Positions 44,022 to 54,221 of a DNA stretch of 64,000 nucleotides are shown piece by piece. Every line of letters starts with the position of its first letter. Position 1 is the stretch's first letter. The position numbers and the translations under genes are program-made. Source of the stretch: an uncultured Lachnospiraceae bacterium (GTDB taxonomy: Bacteria; Bacillota; Clostridia; Christensenellales; UBA1242); NCBI GenBank assembly GCA_964594865.1, contig CAZQMZ010000003.1, positions 11,369-75,368 of the forward strand, in the 5' to 3' direction. The notes under the pieces were generated by a model. It worked only from the letters and a program-made list of their open reading frames with translations, had not been told where the DNA came from and ran no database searches.

Positions 44022-47000
44022 TTAAACTCCAACTGTTTCGTTTTCTTGTTCCGCTTGTGCAATTGCATCCGAAAGTTTGACGGATACAATTTTTGACACT
44101 CCCTTCTCTTCCATCGTCACACCATAAAGGCTATCAGAAAGTTCCATAGTCGGTTTTCGGTGCGTTATGACAATGAACTGTGTGGTTTGCGATAATTTTT
44201 TCAAATACATCGCAAATCTTTCGATGTTGGCATCGTCTAGAGCCGCTTCGATTTCGTCCAAAAGAGAGAATGGCAAAGGTTTGAGTCTCAAAATTGCAAA
44301 CAACAATGCAATGGCTGTCAAGGTTTTCTCGCCACCGCTCAAAAGAGAAAGTTTGTTTGCTGCCTTGCCCGGCAATTGAACCATAATCTCCACGCCCGCT
44401 TCAAGTGGATCTTCCGCTTCGGTGAGTTCCAACTTGGCATTTCCGCCACCAAAGAGTTCTCTGAACACCACTTTGAAACTGTCGTTGATTTTTTCGAACT
44501 CGTTGTTGAATTTTGTCAACATTTCTGTCGAAAGATCTTTGATAATCTTAACCAAATCTTCTTCCGCCTTTTTGAGATCATCAGACTGAACGGTCATGTC
44601 ATTGTATCTTTCAAGCAAGGTCGAAACATCTTCAATCGCGTGAACATTGACATAACCCAAAGCAGAAATATCTTTTTTGAGTTTGTTTATGTCGATCAAT
44701 GCTTCTCTCAAATCAAAATCTGGTCGTCTAAATTCCAAACAATCAGAATAAGTCAGGTTGTATTCTTCATAAATTCGCTCTTGCATCGCTTCAAGTTCGG
44801 TGTCAACTTTGGTGAGATTTGCTTCTTCGCGGAATTTTCTGTCGTTGACTTTGGCAATCTCTTCCATGGCAGTCGTCTTTTGTTCATCCAATTTTTTGAT
44901 GTTTGCCGAAACTTCAATCTTGCTGTTTTCCAATTCTTCTCGCTGTCTTCTCATCTTTTGCAAGTTGTCCTTTGCAAGCGAAGGTTTTGCGTTTTCGATT
45001 TGAACCCTGATGAGTTCTTCCGCGCCTGCAATAAACTTTTCGTTTTCCGCAAGATGAGATTTCAATGCCTCAATATTTGAGTTTTGCTTATCTTTTTCAA
45101 TAAGCAAACGATCAATTTCGTCACAAACGGCTTTAAGTTTTTCTTCGCATGAAGCAATTTCAACCTTAATTGTTGTCATATTTGAGACGATTTCATCACG
45201 CTCTGTTCGAATTTTGTTATATCTCTCCTGCTTTTGTTTAACCAAAAGGTCTGCGTCTTCTTTGTTTCCACTCAACGCATTTTCCATGAGACTGGTTTGT
45301 GAAAGATCACTTTCGATGAGCTTGAGTTTGTTTTCAACAGTCACCTTTTCACGCTCATAATCTTGCTTCTCTTCCAAAAGTTCTGATAAATCTTTGTTGA
45401 TTGCTTCCAATTTTTCTTGTTCTTTGGCGAGCAAGATTTCCAATTCGTTTTTCTTGCCGACAACCTCTTTTTCGGCATTTTTTGAACCTGTCAAATCCAC
45501 TTTCAAATAATCAATCTTTCTTGTGATTTCAACATTCTTCATCGTCAGGTTTTCAATCTCTTCTGCAAGCGTTTCAATTTCGCGCTGACGAGAAATGAGA
45601 TTGACAGCTTCGTTCTTCTTGCTTCCGCCCGTAAGTGAACCCTGTGTGCTGACCACGTCGCCTTCAAGAGTGACAATTCTGAACGAAAATCGGTTGTCAC
45701 GCGCCAAATCGACCGCCGTGGCAAGCGTATCCACAATCACCGTTCCGCCAAGCAAGTTGCTGATGACGTTGTCAATCTTTTTGTCATATGAAATCAACTT
45801 GCTGGCAACACCAAACACCCCCTTTTTGCCAGAGATGAGTTGCTCGTCAAGACTTCTTCTCTTCATGCTGGAAATTGGAAGGAATGTTGCGCGTCCAAAT
45901 TGGTTTTGTTTCAAATATGAAATCAAATCTTTTGCGCCATTTTCATCATAAGTGACAATGTTTTGCACAGCCGAGCCAAGTGCAACCTCAACTGCCGTTT
46001 CAAATTGTGCTGGAACTTTGATGAGTGATGCAAGCACGCCCACCATTTTGCTTTTGATGTTTGAGTTTCTTTCGCACTCTTTCAAGATTTTGCGCACACT
46101 GCTTGCATAGCCTTCATATTCCGCCTGCATTTCGCTCAAAAGTTTTTTGCGATTTTCATAAACCTTGATTTGAGTTGTCAGGTTTGCTTTTTCAGTTTCA
46201 AGATCAGAAATATCTCTTGTTGAAACAAAGATACGTCCTGAAATTTCTTCTGCTTCCGCCTTGATTTTTTCATAATCTTTTTGTGCTTTTTCAAGCATAT
46301 CGGTGCTGTTCTTTTGCAATTTTTGCATGTTTTCAAGTTTATATTCCACTTCAATCAAGCTCTTACTCAAATTTTCTTGATTTTGCAAAAGAAGATTTTT
46401 CTCTGTCTGCAACCTTGTGGCACTGCTCTTTATGTCGGATAGCGAACCCAAAGTTTCGATGATTTTTTGTTGAGATTGCCCCGTTTCAGTTTCGCTTTGT
46501 GACATTTCATCAACAATAGCAAGATGTTTGTTGGAAAGTTCTTCATATGAAGTATTCAAAACTTTCAAACGTTCTTGCAAATTGGATTTTTCTTCATTTT
46601 TCTCTTTTTCGCTTTGAGTGCAATTTTCAAGGATAATCTGTGCGTTTGTGATATCCAAATTGATGCGGTCATTTTCTTTTTGTGTGAAATTGATTCTCTC
46701 ACGCGTCACTTTGGTTTCGCCTTCTTGCTTTTCAAGTTCAACAGTAATTCGCAAAAGTTCATCGTTCAAAGCAGAGATTTTTTTGTCATAAGATGTGAGA
46801 TTGTCCATCTGTTCATCATATTCTTTCGAAGCTCTTTCCAAATCAGTTTGTCGCGCAAAGAGTTCTTCTTCAATTGCCTGTAATTTTTGTTTGATTTGTT
46901 CCTTTGCAACATGAGAATTTTCATACTGAAAAACATAGGCATTCACTTCCAAATCTTTGAGTTGCCCTTTATATTCCAAATATTTTTTCGCATCTTCCGC

Positions 47001-47624
47001 CTGTTTTTTAAGGGGACCCATTTGACGCTCGATTTCTCCGCGAATGTCATCAATACGCGTCAAATTGTCTCGCGTGCGTTCAAGTTTGCGCTCTGCCTCC
47101 ACCTTTCGCGACTTAAACTTGGCAATGCCGGCCGCCTCTTCAAACATAACTCGACGCTCTTCTGGTTTTTCATCAACGATTTCGCTGACCTTACCTTGAC
47201 CAATGACGGAATATCCATTCTTTCCAATTCCACTGTCAAACAAAATATCTGTGATGTCCCGCAAACGGCAAGTGTTTTTGTTGATGAGATATTCACTCTC
47301 TCCAGAGCGATATAGTTTTCGCGTGATAGACAATTCGTCATACGCGATGTTGAAAAATCTGTCAGTATTGTCAAAAGTGAGAGTCACTTCACAATAGGAC
47401 AAACTTTTTCGCTTTGCCGTACCTTTGAAAATGACATCTTGCATGTTATCACCACGCAAACTCTTCGCGCTTTGCTCACCCAAAACCCAGCGAATTGCAT
47501 CCGAAACGTTACTTTTTCCACAACCGTTTGGCCCAACAATTGCAGTGAATCCGCCATTAAATTCAATGACAGTGCGGTCAGCAAACGATTTAAATCCAAT
47601 CATTTCAATCTTTTTAAAATACAT
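44022..47624 (-). CDS. smc: chromosome segregation protein SMC
   Basis: 1200 aa; N-terminal GPNGCGKSN, hinge GxxGxxG region, C-terminal LSGGEKTLTAIALLFA and LDEIEAALD. Confidence 0.96.
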   Translation of the reverse strand: MYFKKIEMIGFKSFADRTVIEFNGGFTAIVGPNGCGKSNVSDAIRWVLGEQSAKSLRGDNMQDVIFKGTAKRKSLSYCEVTLTFDNTDRFFNIAYDELSITRKLYRSGESEYLINKNTCRLRDITDILFDSGIGKNGYSVIGQGKVSEIVDEKPEERRVMFEEAAGIAKFKSRKVEAERKLERTRDNLTRIDDIRGEIERQMGPLKKQAEDAKKYLEYKGQLKDLEVNAYVFQYENSHVAKEQIKQKLQAIEEELFARQTDLERASKEYDEQMDNLTSYDKKISALNDELLRITVELEKQEGETKVTRERINFTQKENDRINLDITNAQIILENCTQSEKEKNEEKSNLQERLKVLNTSYEELSNKHLAIVDEMSQSETETGQSQQKIIETLGSLSDIKSSATRLQTEKNLLLQNQENLSKSLIEVEYKLENMQKLQKNSTDMLEKAQKDYEKIKAEAEEISGRIFVSTRDISDLETEKANLTTQIKVYENRKKLLSEMQAEYEGYASSVRKILKECERNSNIKSKMVGVLASLIKVPAQFETAVEVALGSAVQNIVTYDENGAKDLISYLKQNQFGRATFLPISSMKRRSLDEQLISGKKGVFGVASKLISYDKKIDNVISNLLGGTVIVDTLATAVDLARDNRFSFRIVTLEGDVVSTQGSLTGGSKKNEAVNLISRQREIETLAEEIENLTMKNVEITRKIDYLKVDLTGSKNAEKEVVGKKNELEILLAKEQEKLEAINKDLSELLEEKQDYEREKVTVENKLKLIESDLSQTSLMENALSGNKEDADLLVKQKQERYNKIRTERDEIVSNMTTIKVEIASCEEKLKAVCDEIDRLLIEKDKQNSNIEALKSHLAENEKFIAGAEELIRVQIENAKPSLAKDNLQKMRRQREELENSKIEVSANIKKLDEQKTTAMEEIAKVNDRKFREEANLTKVDTELEAMQERIYEEYNLTYSDCLEFRRPDFDLREALIDINKLKKDISALGYVNVHAIEDVSTLLERYNDMTVQSDDLKKAEEDLVKIIKDLSTEMLTKFNNEFEKINDSFKVVFRELFGGGNAKLELTEAEDPLEAGVEIMVQLPGKAANKLSLLSGGEKTLTAIALLFAILRLKPLPFSLLDEIEAALDDANIERFAMYLKKLSQTTQFIVITHRKPTMELSDSLYGVTMEEKGVSKIVSVKLSDAIAQAEQENETVGV

Positions 47625-47704
47625 ATATCATTTTTTCCTTTATATCAAAAATTTGTTGAGTTATTTCCATGTTTCTGGACGATTGGTTATATAAATATAA
47701 CATC

Positions 47705-48376
47705 TCATTCTTCAAACAATTTTTTCATGGCAACAAATGCTGCATTCTGCTCGGCTTTGGTTTTATCTTTGCCATAACCTGTCGAAATCAAATCTTCATC
47801 CATAAAAAACTTTGCTTCAAAGCCACCTTCCACTCGTTCGGTTTCATACTTCATCGTACACTTGAAGTTTGCTTGCACCAACTCTTGAAGTTGAGATTTA
47901 TAGTTGTCATTTTCGGCGTTTTCAAAATCGGTGATGTGAAGTTTGTCAGTGATAAATCCCCTTGCCTGTTCCAAACCGCCGTCAAGATAAATCCCTGCAA
48001 TTATGCTTTCCATAATGTCGCCCTTGATGGCAGAAGTTATGTCTTGTTTCAAACTTTTGCCCTTAATCACAAATTCGGAAAGGTCCAACTCATCAAAAAC
48101 TGCTGCAAGGTGGTTTTCAGAAACATAGTGTGCTCGCAAAACTGTCAACTCGCCCTCTTGTTTGTTGCTATTTTTGAAGAGAAATTCGCCAACAAGGAAA
48201 TTTAATATGCTGTCACCCAAAAATTCAAGACGTTGATAGTTGTTCTTCGATTTTGAAGGATGTGTCAAAGCGCGTATGAGAAGGTCTTTGTCTTTGAATT
48301 TATATCCAATTTTTTTCTCGATTTTCTCTTCAAAAGTATTTTCATCGCCATTGTTTTTTTTCTTGTCTTTAATCAT
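47705..48376 (-). CDS. rnc: ribonuclease III
   Basis: ERLEFLGDS-like QRLEFLGDS signature, C-terminal dsRBD; start set at MIKDKK (GAGG SD inside the plsX 3' end). Confidence 0.93.
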   Translation of the reverse strand: MIKDKKKNNGDENTFEEKIEKKIGYKFKDKDLLIRALTHPSKSKNNYQRLEFLGDSILNFLVGEFLFKNSNKQEGELTVLRAHYVSENHLAAVFDELDLSEFVIKGKSLKQDITSAIKGDIMESIIAGIYLDGGLEQARGFITDKLHITDFENAENDNYKSQLQELVQANFKCTMKYETERVEGGFEAKFFMDEDLISTGYGKDKTKAEQNAAFVAMKKLFEE

Positions 48377-48377
48377 T

Positions 48378-49385
48378 TTACGCCTCAATTTCTTGTGTCA
48401 TGGAAAGCACCATTTTTTCAATTTTTTCATTAAGTTTGTTCTCATCAAGTTTGACAACTTGCAAAATTGTGTTGCACACAACTTCTCTTTTCGCCGTGCC
48501 GTGAGTTTTGACAACAAGCTTTTTACATCCCAAAAATGGTGCACCGCCATATTTGTTTGCATCCATTTTGCGTTTGATGCCTTTAAATTTCCCCATCATA
48601 AGTGCACCAATCATGGAGAACAAATTCTTTTTGGCTTCTTTTTTGATCAATGCAGACATTCCACTTGCCACACCTTCAATTCCCTTCAAAAGCACGTTTC
48701 CCGCAAAGCCGTCTGTGACGATGACGTCAACATCGCCGGACATAACTTCTCTTGCTTCAACATTTCCAACAAAGTTGATTGGAAGTTTTTTCATAAGAGG
48801 ATAAGTTGCCTTTGTAAGTTCATTGCCTTTGTGTTCTTCGGCACCGTTGTTGAGAAGTGCCACGCGAGGACGTTCGACATCCGACATAATGGAATAATAA
48901 GCAGACGCCATAATTGCAAAATACAACAAATGTTCAGTTTTGCAGTCAACATTTGCACCACTGTCACAAATCATGACAGTTTTTCCGTCCAATATTGTTG
49001 GCAAAATTGGCGAAAGTGCCGGACGAGAAATCCCCTTGATTCTTCCAATTTTCAAAATGGCACCCGTGAGCACCGCGCCTGTGCTTCCTGCCGAAACAAG
49101 TCCAACAACATCTTTGTTTTCCTTCAAAATGTCAAACGCGCGAACAAGCGAAGAATCTTTTTTCTGCCTTATTGCCACCGTTGGCGAATCATCATTCGAG
49201 ATAACTTCACTTGCATTCACGATTTCAATTCGCTCATTGCGACCAGCCAAAATCTCTTGAATTTTTTTCTCGTTTCCGGTCAAAACAACCGTCAAATCCT
49301 TTCTTTTCTTAACAGCCAGCACAGCTCCTTCAACAATTTCAAGCGGAGCATAATCGCCACCGAATGCATCAACAACAACTTTCAT
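48378..49385 (-). CDS. plsX: phosphate acyltransferase PlsX
   Basis: MKVVVDAFGGDYAP start, VSAGSTGA, LLNNGAEE(HKG). Confidence 0.93.
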   Translation of the reverse strand: MKVVVDAFGGDYAPLEIVEGAVLAVKKRKDLTVVLTGNEKKIQEILAGRNERIEIVNASEVISNDDSPTVAIRQKKDSSLVRAFDILKENKDVVGLVSAGSTGAVLTGAILKIGRIKGISRPALSPILPTILDGKTVMICDSGANVDCKTEHLLYFAIMASAYYSIMSDVERPRVALLNNGAEEHKGNELTKATYPLMKKLPINFVGNVEAREVMSGDVDVIVTDGFAGNVLLKGIEGVASGMSALIKKEAKKNLFSMIGALMMGKFKGIKRKMDANKYGGAPFLGCKKLVVKTHGTAKREVVCNTILQVVKLDENKLNEKIEKMVLSMTQEIEA

Positions 49386-49542
49386 ATCAAACTCCTTTTG
49401 ACATTTTTGCGATATGCATAAAATACCACTAATAGAATAACAAAAAACAGTCACAAAAGTCAAAAGAATGTGGAATAAAACTAAAATTTAACGCTCATAT
49501 TTCATAAATTTGGCAATTTCAGACAAAATTGTTTATACAAAC

Positions 49543-49565
49543 AAAAAAACCCAACCTAAGTTGGG
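49543..49565 (-). terminator. rho-independent terminator after rpmF
   Basis: CCCAAC-ttag-GTTGGG plus U7 on the minus strand. Confidence 0.8.
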
Positions 49566-49595
49566 CTTGGAAATCACACAAGATTGTGAAATTTT

Positions 49596-49790
49596 TTATT
49601 TCTTTGCACTTTTTTTGTCTTCGACAACAGTCTTGTTTTTATATGTGCCACAATTTTTGCAAACAACATGAGGCTTTTTAAGTTCGTGACATTTTGGACA
49701 TTCAACAAGTGTTGGAGCTTCTGCCTTAAAGTTTGCAGAATTTCTTGTGTTTCTTCTTTGTTTTGAAACTTTCCCCTTTGGAACTGCCAT
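49596..49790 (-). CDS. rpmF: 50S ribosomal protein L32
   Basis: MAVPKGKVSKQRRNTR.. with CxxC..CxxC zinc ribbon; GGAGAG SD. Confidence 0.95.
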   Translation of the reverse strand: MAVPKGKVSKQRRNTRNSANFKAEAPTLVECPKCHELKKPHVVCKNCGTYKNKTVVEDKKSAKK

Positions 49791-49843
49791 TTTCTCTCTC
49801 CTTTTATATCAAGTTTAAAATTTTAATCAGCATCAACTCGCAT

Positions 49844-49872
49844 ATTATACAACAAAGCGAGCTGTTTGTCAA
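49844..49872 (-). promoter_or_regulatory. consensus sigma-A promoter of rpmF
   Basis: TTGACA (49867-49872), 17 nt, TATAAT (49844-49849). Confidence 0.7.
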
Positions 49873-49902
49873 CTCTTATTCACTCAATTTTCGCTGATTT
49901 TT

Positions 49903-51108
49903 TTATTTTTTTAAATTTTCTACGATTTTTTGAGTGTCAATCGCCATCATCAACTCTTCGTTTGTTGGAATAATGAAAATTTTGACTTTTGATTTTTTGG
50001 AAGAAATTTTCTCGATCTCTCCACGTCTGAAATTCTTATTTTTCTTTTTGTCAATCACAACACCAAGATTTTCCATATCACTGCAAACAGCTTCTCGCGT
50101 GTTGTCGCTGTTTTCCCCAATTCCGCCTGTGAAGACAATGGCATCAACTTTGTTCAACACTGCAAGATAACTTCCAACATGTTTTTTGATGGAATAGTGA
50201 AGCACATCAAGTGCAAGTTGACAATGTTCATCACCTTCCTTCGCCTTTGCAATCACTTCTCTTTGGTCACTGGATACACCAGAAACGCCATAAAGCCCGC
50301 ACTCTTTGTTGAGATATGACAAACATTCGTCAACCGTCATCTTTTTCTTGTTGCACAAATATTGAACAACCGCTGGATCAATATCACCCGAACGAGTGCC
50401 CATAACAAGTCCTTGAAGCGGAGTGAAACCCATTGTGGTGTCCACACTCTGTCCGTTTTTGACAGCAGTGATGCTTGAACCATTTCCAAGATGGCAGATA
50501 ATCAAATTGACATTCTCTGGTTTTTTGCCAAGCACTTTTGCTGTTTCAAGTGTGATGAACTTGTGGCTTGAACCGTGGAAGCCATATTTTCTTATGTGAT
50601 ATTTTTCTGCATCTTTATAGTTTATGGCATAGGTATATGCTTTCTCTGGCATTGTTGCGTGAAAAGCAGTGTCGAAAATCAACACATTTGGAACTTCAGG
50701 CATTGCTTTTTGGCAACCCAAAACACCTTTGACATTTGCTGGATTGTGAAGAGGTGCAAGATCGTCAAGTTTTGAGAGGTCTTTGAGAACTTTTGGAGTG
50801 ACAAGCACACTTTCTTTAAACAACCATCCACCTTGGACAACTCTGTGACCAACAGCTTCAATCTCATCCAAAGATTTGATGACGCCATAATCCTTATTCA
50901 CCAAAATTTCCAAAACTTTTGTGATTGCTTCTTCATGATTTTTTGCACCAGCAAATTCTTGTGTTCTTCCATCGTGCTTATAAGAAATAAACGGTTTTGG
51001 AAGACCAATTCTCTCGCAAACACCTTTTGCAATCACATTTTCTGTTTGCATATCAATGAGTTGATATTTAAGCGACGAACTGCCTGCATTAATAACCAAA
51101 ATTTTCAT
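49903..51108 (-). CDS. ackA: acetate kinase
   Basis: MKILVINAGSSSLKYQL, VGHRVVQGG, FDTAFH, GFHGSSH, IPTNEE. Confidence 0.96.
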   Translation of the reverse strand: MKILVINAGSSSLKYQLIDMQTENVIAKGVCERIGLPKPFISYKHDGRTQEFAGAKNHEEAITKVLEILVNKDYGVIKSLDEIEAVGHRVVQGGWLFKESVLVTPKVLKDLSKLDDLAPLHNPANVKGVLGCQKAMPEVPNVLIFDTAFHATMPEKAYTYAINYKDAEKYHIRKYGFHGSSHKFITLETAKVLGKKPENVNLIICHLGNGSSITAVKNGQSVDTTMGFTPLQGLVMGTRSGDIDPAVVQYLCNKKKMTVDECLSYLNKECGLYGVSGVSSDQREVIAKAKEGDEHCQLALDVLHYSIKKHVGSYLAVLNKVDAIVFTGGIGENSDNTREAVCSDMENLGVVIDKKKNKNFRRGEIEKISSKKSKVKIFIIPTNEELMMAIDTQKIVENLKK

Positions 51109-51126
51109 AATAAACTCCTTAATTTT

Positions 51127-52116
51127 CTATTTTTCTTTGTCTTCCACTTGCAGTGCAGTTATGGCACTGACAACAACAATATCTTCCACACTGCAACCGC
51201 GTGAAAGGTCGTTGATTGGTTTTTTCAAGCCTTGCAAAATCGGTCCAACAGCATTCAATCCACCAACATACTGAAAAACTTTATAGCAAATGTTTCCAGC
51301 TTGCAAGTTTGGAAAAATAAGCACATTGGCATCACCTTTCAAAGCACTATCTTTTGCCTTATGTTCTGCCACAGATGGAACCATAGCAGCATCAAACTGC
51401 AACTCTCCGTCGCAAATGACGTCTTTTTCTTTCTTTTGAAATTTTTCAAAGGCTGTGCGCACTTTGTCCACTTCTTCCGACTTGGCACTTCCTTTGGAAG
51501 AATACGACAAAAACGCTACCTTAGGCTCCAACCCAAACATTTTGGCACTCTTGGCACTTTGACTTGCAATAGAGCAGAGCTCGTCTGCATTTGGATTTTG
51601 CAGAACTCCGCAATCGGACAAAATCAGCGCCTTGCCTTTGAGAAAATCATTTTTTCCATAAACCAAAAAGAAGGACGAAACCGGTTCTTTTTTGCTTTTG
51701 CTTTTGATGATTTGAAGAGCTGGACGAACGGTTGTGGCTGTTGTTGCTTCTGCGCCTGCCACCATGCCGTCTGCATATCCGCACTCCACAAGAAGAGTGG
51801 CAAAATAATATGGATCCTTTTCAAGCTCATCTGCTTCTTCCAAAGTCAGTCCCTTTTCCTTACGTTTGTTATAAAGTGTTTTGACAAGTTTTTCTCTTTC
51901 AGGGAAAGTGACCGGATTGACAATATCAAACTTTTCAAACACCTTATCACGCAAGATAAGTGCACTTGCGTCACCCACCAACAAAACCTTGACAATTTTT
52001 TTCTTTTGAAGAATTTTCACCGCTTCAACGGTTCTGTCCGAAAAACTCGCCTCTGGAAAAACAATCGTTTTTTGTCGTTTTTTTGCTTCATCAAGAATTT
52101 TTTCAATTTTAAACAT
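51127..52116 (-). CDS. pta: phosphate acetyltransferase
   Basis: short-form Pta; GPILQGLKKPINDLSRGCSVEDIV C-terminal signature; upstream of ackA. Confidence 0.9.
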   Translation of the reverse strand: MFKIEKILDEAKKRQKTIVFPEASFSDRTVEAVKILQKKKIVKVLLVGDASALILRDKVFEKFDIVNPVTFPEREKLVKTLYNKRKEKGLTLEEADELEKDPYYFATLLVECGYADGMVAGAEATTATTVRPALQIIKSKSKKEPVSSFFLVYGKNDFLKGKALILSDCGVLQNPNADELCSIASQSAKSAKMFGLEPKVAFLSYSSKGSAKSEEVDKVRTAFEKFQKKEKDVICDGELQFDAAMVPSVAEHKAKDSALKGDANVLIFPNLQAGNICYKVFQYVGGLNAVGPILQGLKKPINDLSRGCSVEDIVVVSAITALQVEDKEK

Positions 52117-52188
52117 ATCATCCTCATTCTTTTTTGAAAATTTATCAAATAAAATGATTGTATAGCACTGTCTTATTTTAAAGAAAAA

Positions 52189-53184
52189 ATGATGTCTATG
52201 TCAAATATTTTTGGGAGAAAAAACAGAAAAATGTCAAAATTTATGAAAATTATTCGACAAGATTACACCAAAATCATTCTTTCGGCTTTTGTTATATTTT
52301 TTCTCGTGTGCATGATTGCACAACCAGACAAATTTATCTCCACATCTTTGGACGGGTTGTCAGCTTGGGCATTCAATGTGTTGCCAAGTGTACTTCCGTT
52401 CATGTTCTTCACAAAAGTGCTGTCATCTCTTGACAGCATAAGCACCTTAACTCGCCCTTTCTCTTCAATAAGTCGAACGCTTTTCAAAACTCCGCCAATT
52501 TCAATCTACACATTTTTCATGGCAATACTTTCAGGCTATCCTGTCGGTTCGAAGATGGTCGCTGACTTATATTTGCAAGGAAAAATCTCCCGCGAAGATG
52601 CCTTCAAAATGACGTCTTTTTGTTCGACTTCTGGGCCAATGTTTATCGTTGGCGCGGTTGGTGTTGGAATGTTCCACAGTGCAAAGATAGGATATATTTT
52701 GTTTGCAAGTCACCTGCTTGGAGCTCTCTTGAATGGAATTTTATATCGAAATTTGAAATTAAAAAACGAAGAAAAAGTTGAAAATATCTTGTTGAACGAG
52801 AACTCGAAAAGAATATCACTTTCTGACATAGTCTTAAACTCCGTTCTATCAATTTTGTCAGTAGGATGTATAATCACCATTTTCTTCATTGTCATCGAAT
52901 GTTTTGAGCCAATATTGTCACTCTTTCCACAAAACATTTCCTATTTCTTGGAAGGTGTTATTGAAATAACAAAAGGATGTTTGGACATTTCCACACTTCC
53001 AAACATCGCTCTCGCAACAATTTTATCTTCTTTTGTGATAAGTTTTGGTGGAATTTCGACAATTTTGCAATCTCTCACAATGCTGAACTCTGTCAAAATG
53101 CCAATCAAACTCTTTGTCTTGCAAAAATTCACTCACGCTTGTCTGTCAGCCGTCGTCGCAATCATTTTGGTGCTGATTTTTTGA
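52189..53184 (+). CDS. ylbJ: sporulation integral membrane protein YlbJ-like (nucleoside-recognition-domain family)
   Basis: aligns by eye with B. subtilis YlbJ (..SLDGLSAWAFNVLPSVLPFMF.., GYPVGSKM, GPMFIVGAVGVGMF); start codon ambiguous among several Met. Confidence 0.7.
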   Translation: MMSMSNIFGRKNRKMSKFMKIIRQDYTKIILSAFVIFFLVCMIAQPDKFISTSLDGLSAWAFNVLPSVLPFMFFTKVLSSLDSISTLTRPFSSISRTLFKTPPISIYTFFMAILSGYPVGSKMVADLYLQGKISREDAFKMTSFCSTSGPMFIVGAVGVGMFHSAKIGYILFASHLLGALLNGILYRNLKLKNEEKVENILLNENSKRISLSDIVLNSVLSILSVGCIITIFFIVIECFEPILSLFPQNISYFLEGVIEITKGCLDISTLPNIALATILSSFVISFGGISTILQSLTMLNSVKMPIKLFVLQKFTHACLSAVVAIILVLIF

Positions 53185-53285
53185 AAAATTCTTCGCACAA
53201 ACTATTGCCGAATAATCTCCTAAAAAACTGCGCCAAGTCGCAAAAGTTTTGGGTTTATTTATGTTTCACTAAACGAACAATCGCT

Positions 53286-53309
53286 GTGTTTTATGCATAT
53301 GATCAAAAC
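53286..53309. repeat. degenerate copy of the palindromic element
   Basis: GTGTTTTATGCATATGATCAAAAC (two half-sites sharing TGCA); lies between the convergent ylbJ-like and HIT-RNase H genes. Confidence 0.45.
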
Positions 53310-53322
53310 TTCGCTGATATTT

Positions 53323-54195
53323 TTATTCTGCGTTTAACTTCAAAATCTCTGCGCGTGCCAATTCGTCACAGCGGTTGTTATATTCATTGTCAGCATGCCC
53401 CTTAACCTTATTGAAAGTGACATCCAATTTCTCTGTGAGAGAAAGAAGTCTTTGCCACAAATCTTTGTTTAAGACATCCCCTTTTCCACTCGTCTTCCAA
53501 TTGTTTTTCTGCCAACTGTCAAGCCAATTTTGGTTGAAAGCGTTGACAACGTAGGCACTGTCGCTGTAAATTTGCACAGGAATTTGGGTCTTCACGCTCT
53601 CCAATGCCATGATCACAGCCATAAGCTCCATGCGATTGTTGGTTGTCATATCTTCACCGCCAGAGAGAACTTTTTCTTTGCCTTTATATGACAATATGCT
53701 TGCCCAGCCACCTGCACCCGGATTTCCAGAGCAAGCGCCGTCGGTGTAAATCACCACAGCGTTTTCGTCATCTATTTTTGTCTGTTTTTCTTCTTCCATT
53801 TTAAGCGAGTCACAAACTTCTTGAAGTTCCACCTTACATCCCGAAAGTTTTGGGCAAACATGTTCGCCATCGCCGTTTTTTCTTGGAAAAATGTGAAAAT
53901 GAAGATGCATAACCGACTGTCCCGCTGACTCGCCAGTGTTGTTCAAAAGGTTAAATCCATCAAATCCGCAATCTTCAACAAAATGATTGCCAACCTTTTT
54001 GCATCCCTCAATAACTCGAGCTAAGGTTGAGTTATCACAAGTCTGGACATTTTGAAAGTGCTTTTTTGGAACGACAAGCGTGTGCCCGTAAAGATCATTC
54101 GAAGCATCCAAAAACGCCAAGACAAAGTCGTCTTCATAGATTTTATAGCAAGGAATTTCGCCCTTGACAATCTTACAAAAAATGCAATCTTTCAC
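53323..54195 (-). CDS. HIT-family nucleotide hydrolase fused to RNase HI
   Basis: N-terminus CIFCKIV..HTLVVPKKH..VMHLHFHIFPR (HxHxHxx). C-terminus VIYTDGACSGNPG..TNNRMELMAV..YSDSAYVV..VKGHADNEYNNRCDELA (RNase H DEDD). Single uninterrupted ORF. Confidence 0.85.
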   Translation of the reverse strand: MKDCIFCKIVKGEIPCYKIYEDDFVLAFLDASNDLYGHTLVVPKKHFQNVQTCDNSTLARVIEGCKKVGNHFVEDCGFDGFNLLNNTGESAGQSVMHLHFHIFPRKNGDGEHVCPKLSGCKVELQEVCDSLKMEEEKQTKIDDENAVVIYTDGACSGNPGAGGWASILSYKGKEKVLSGGEDMTTNNRMELMAVIMALESVKTQIPVQIYSDSAYVVNAFNQNWLDSWQKNNWKTSGKGDVLNKDLWQRLLSLTEKLDVTFNKVKGHADNEYNNRCDELARAEILKLNAE

Positions 54196-54221
54196 GAATT
54201 ATCTCCAAAACAAATTTTCAA

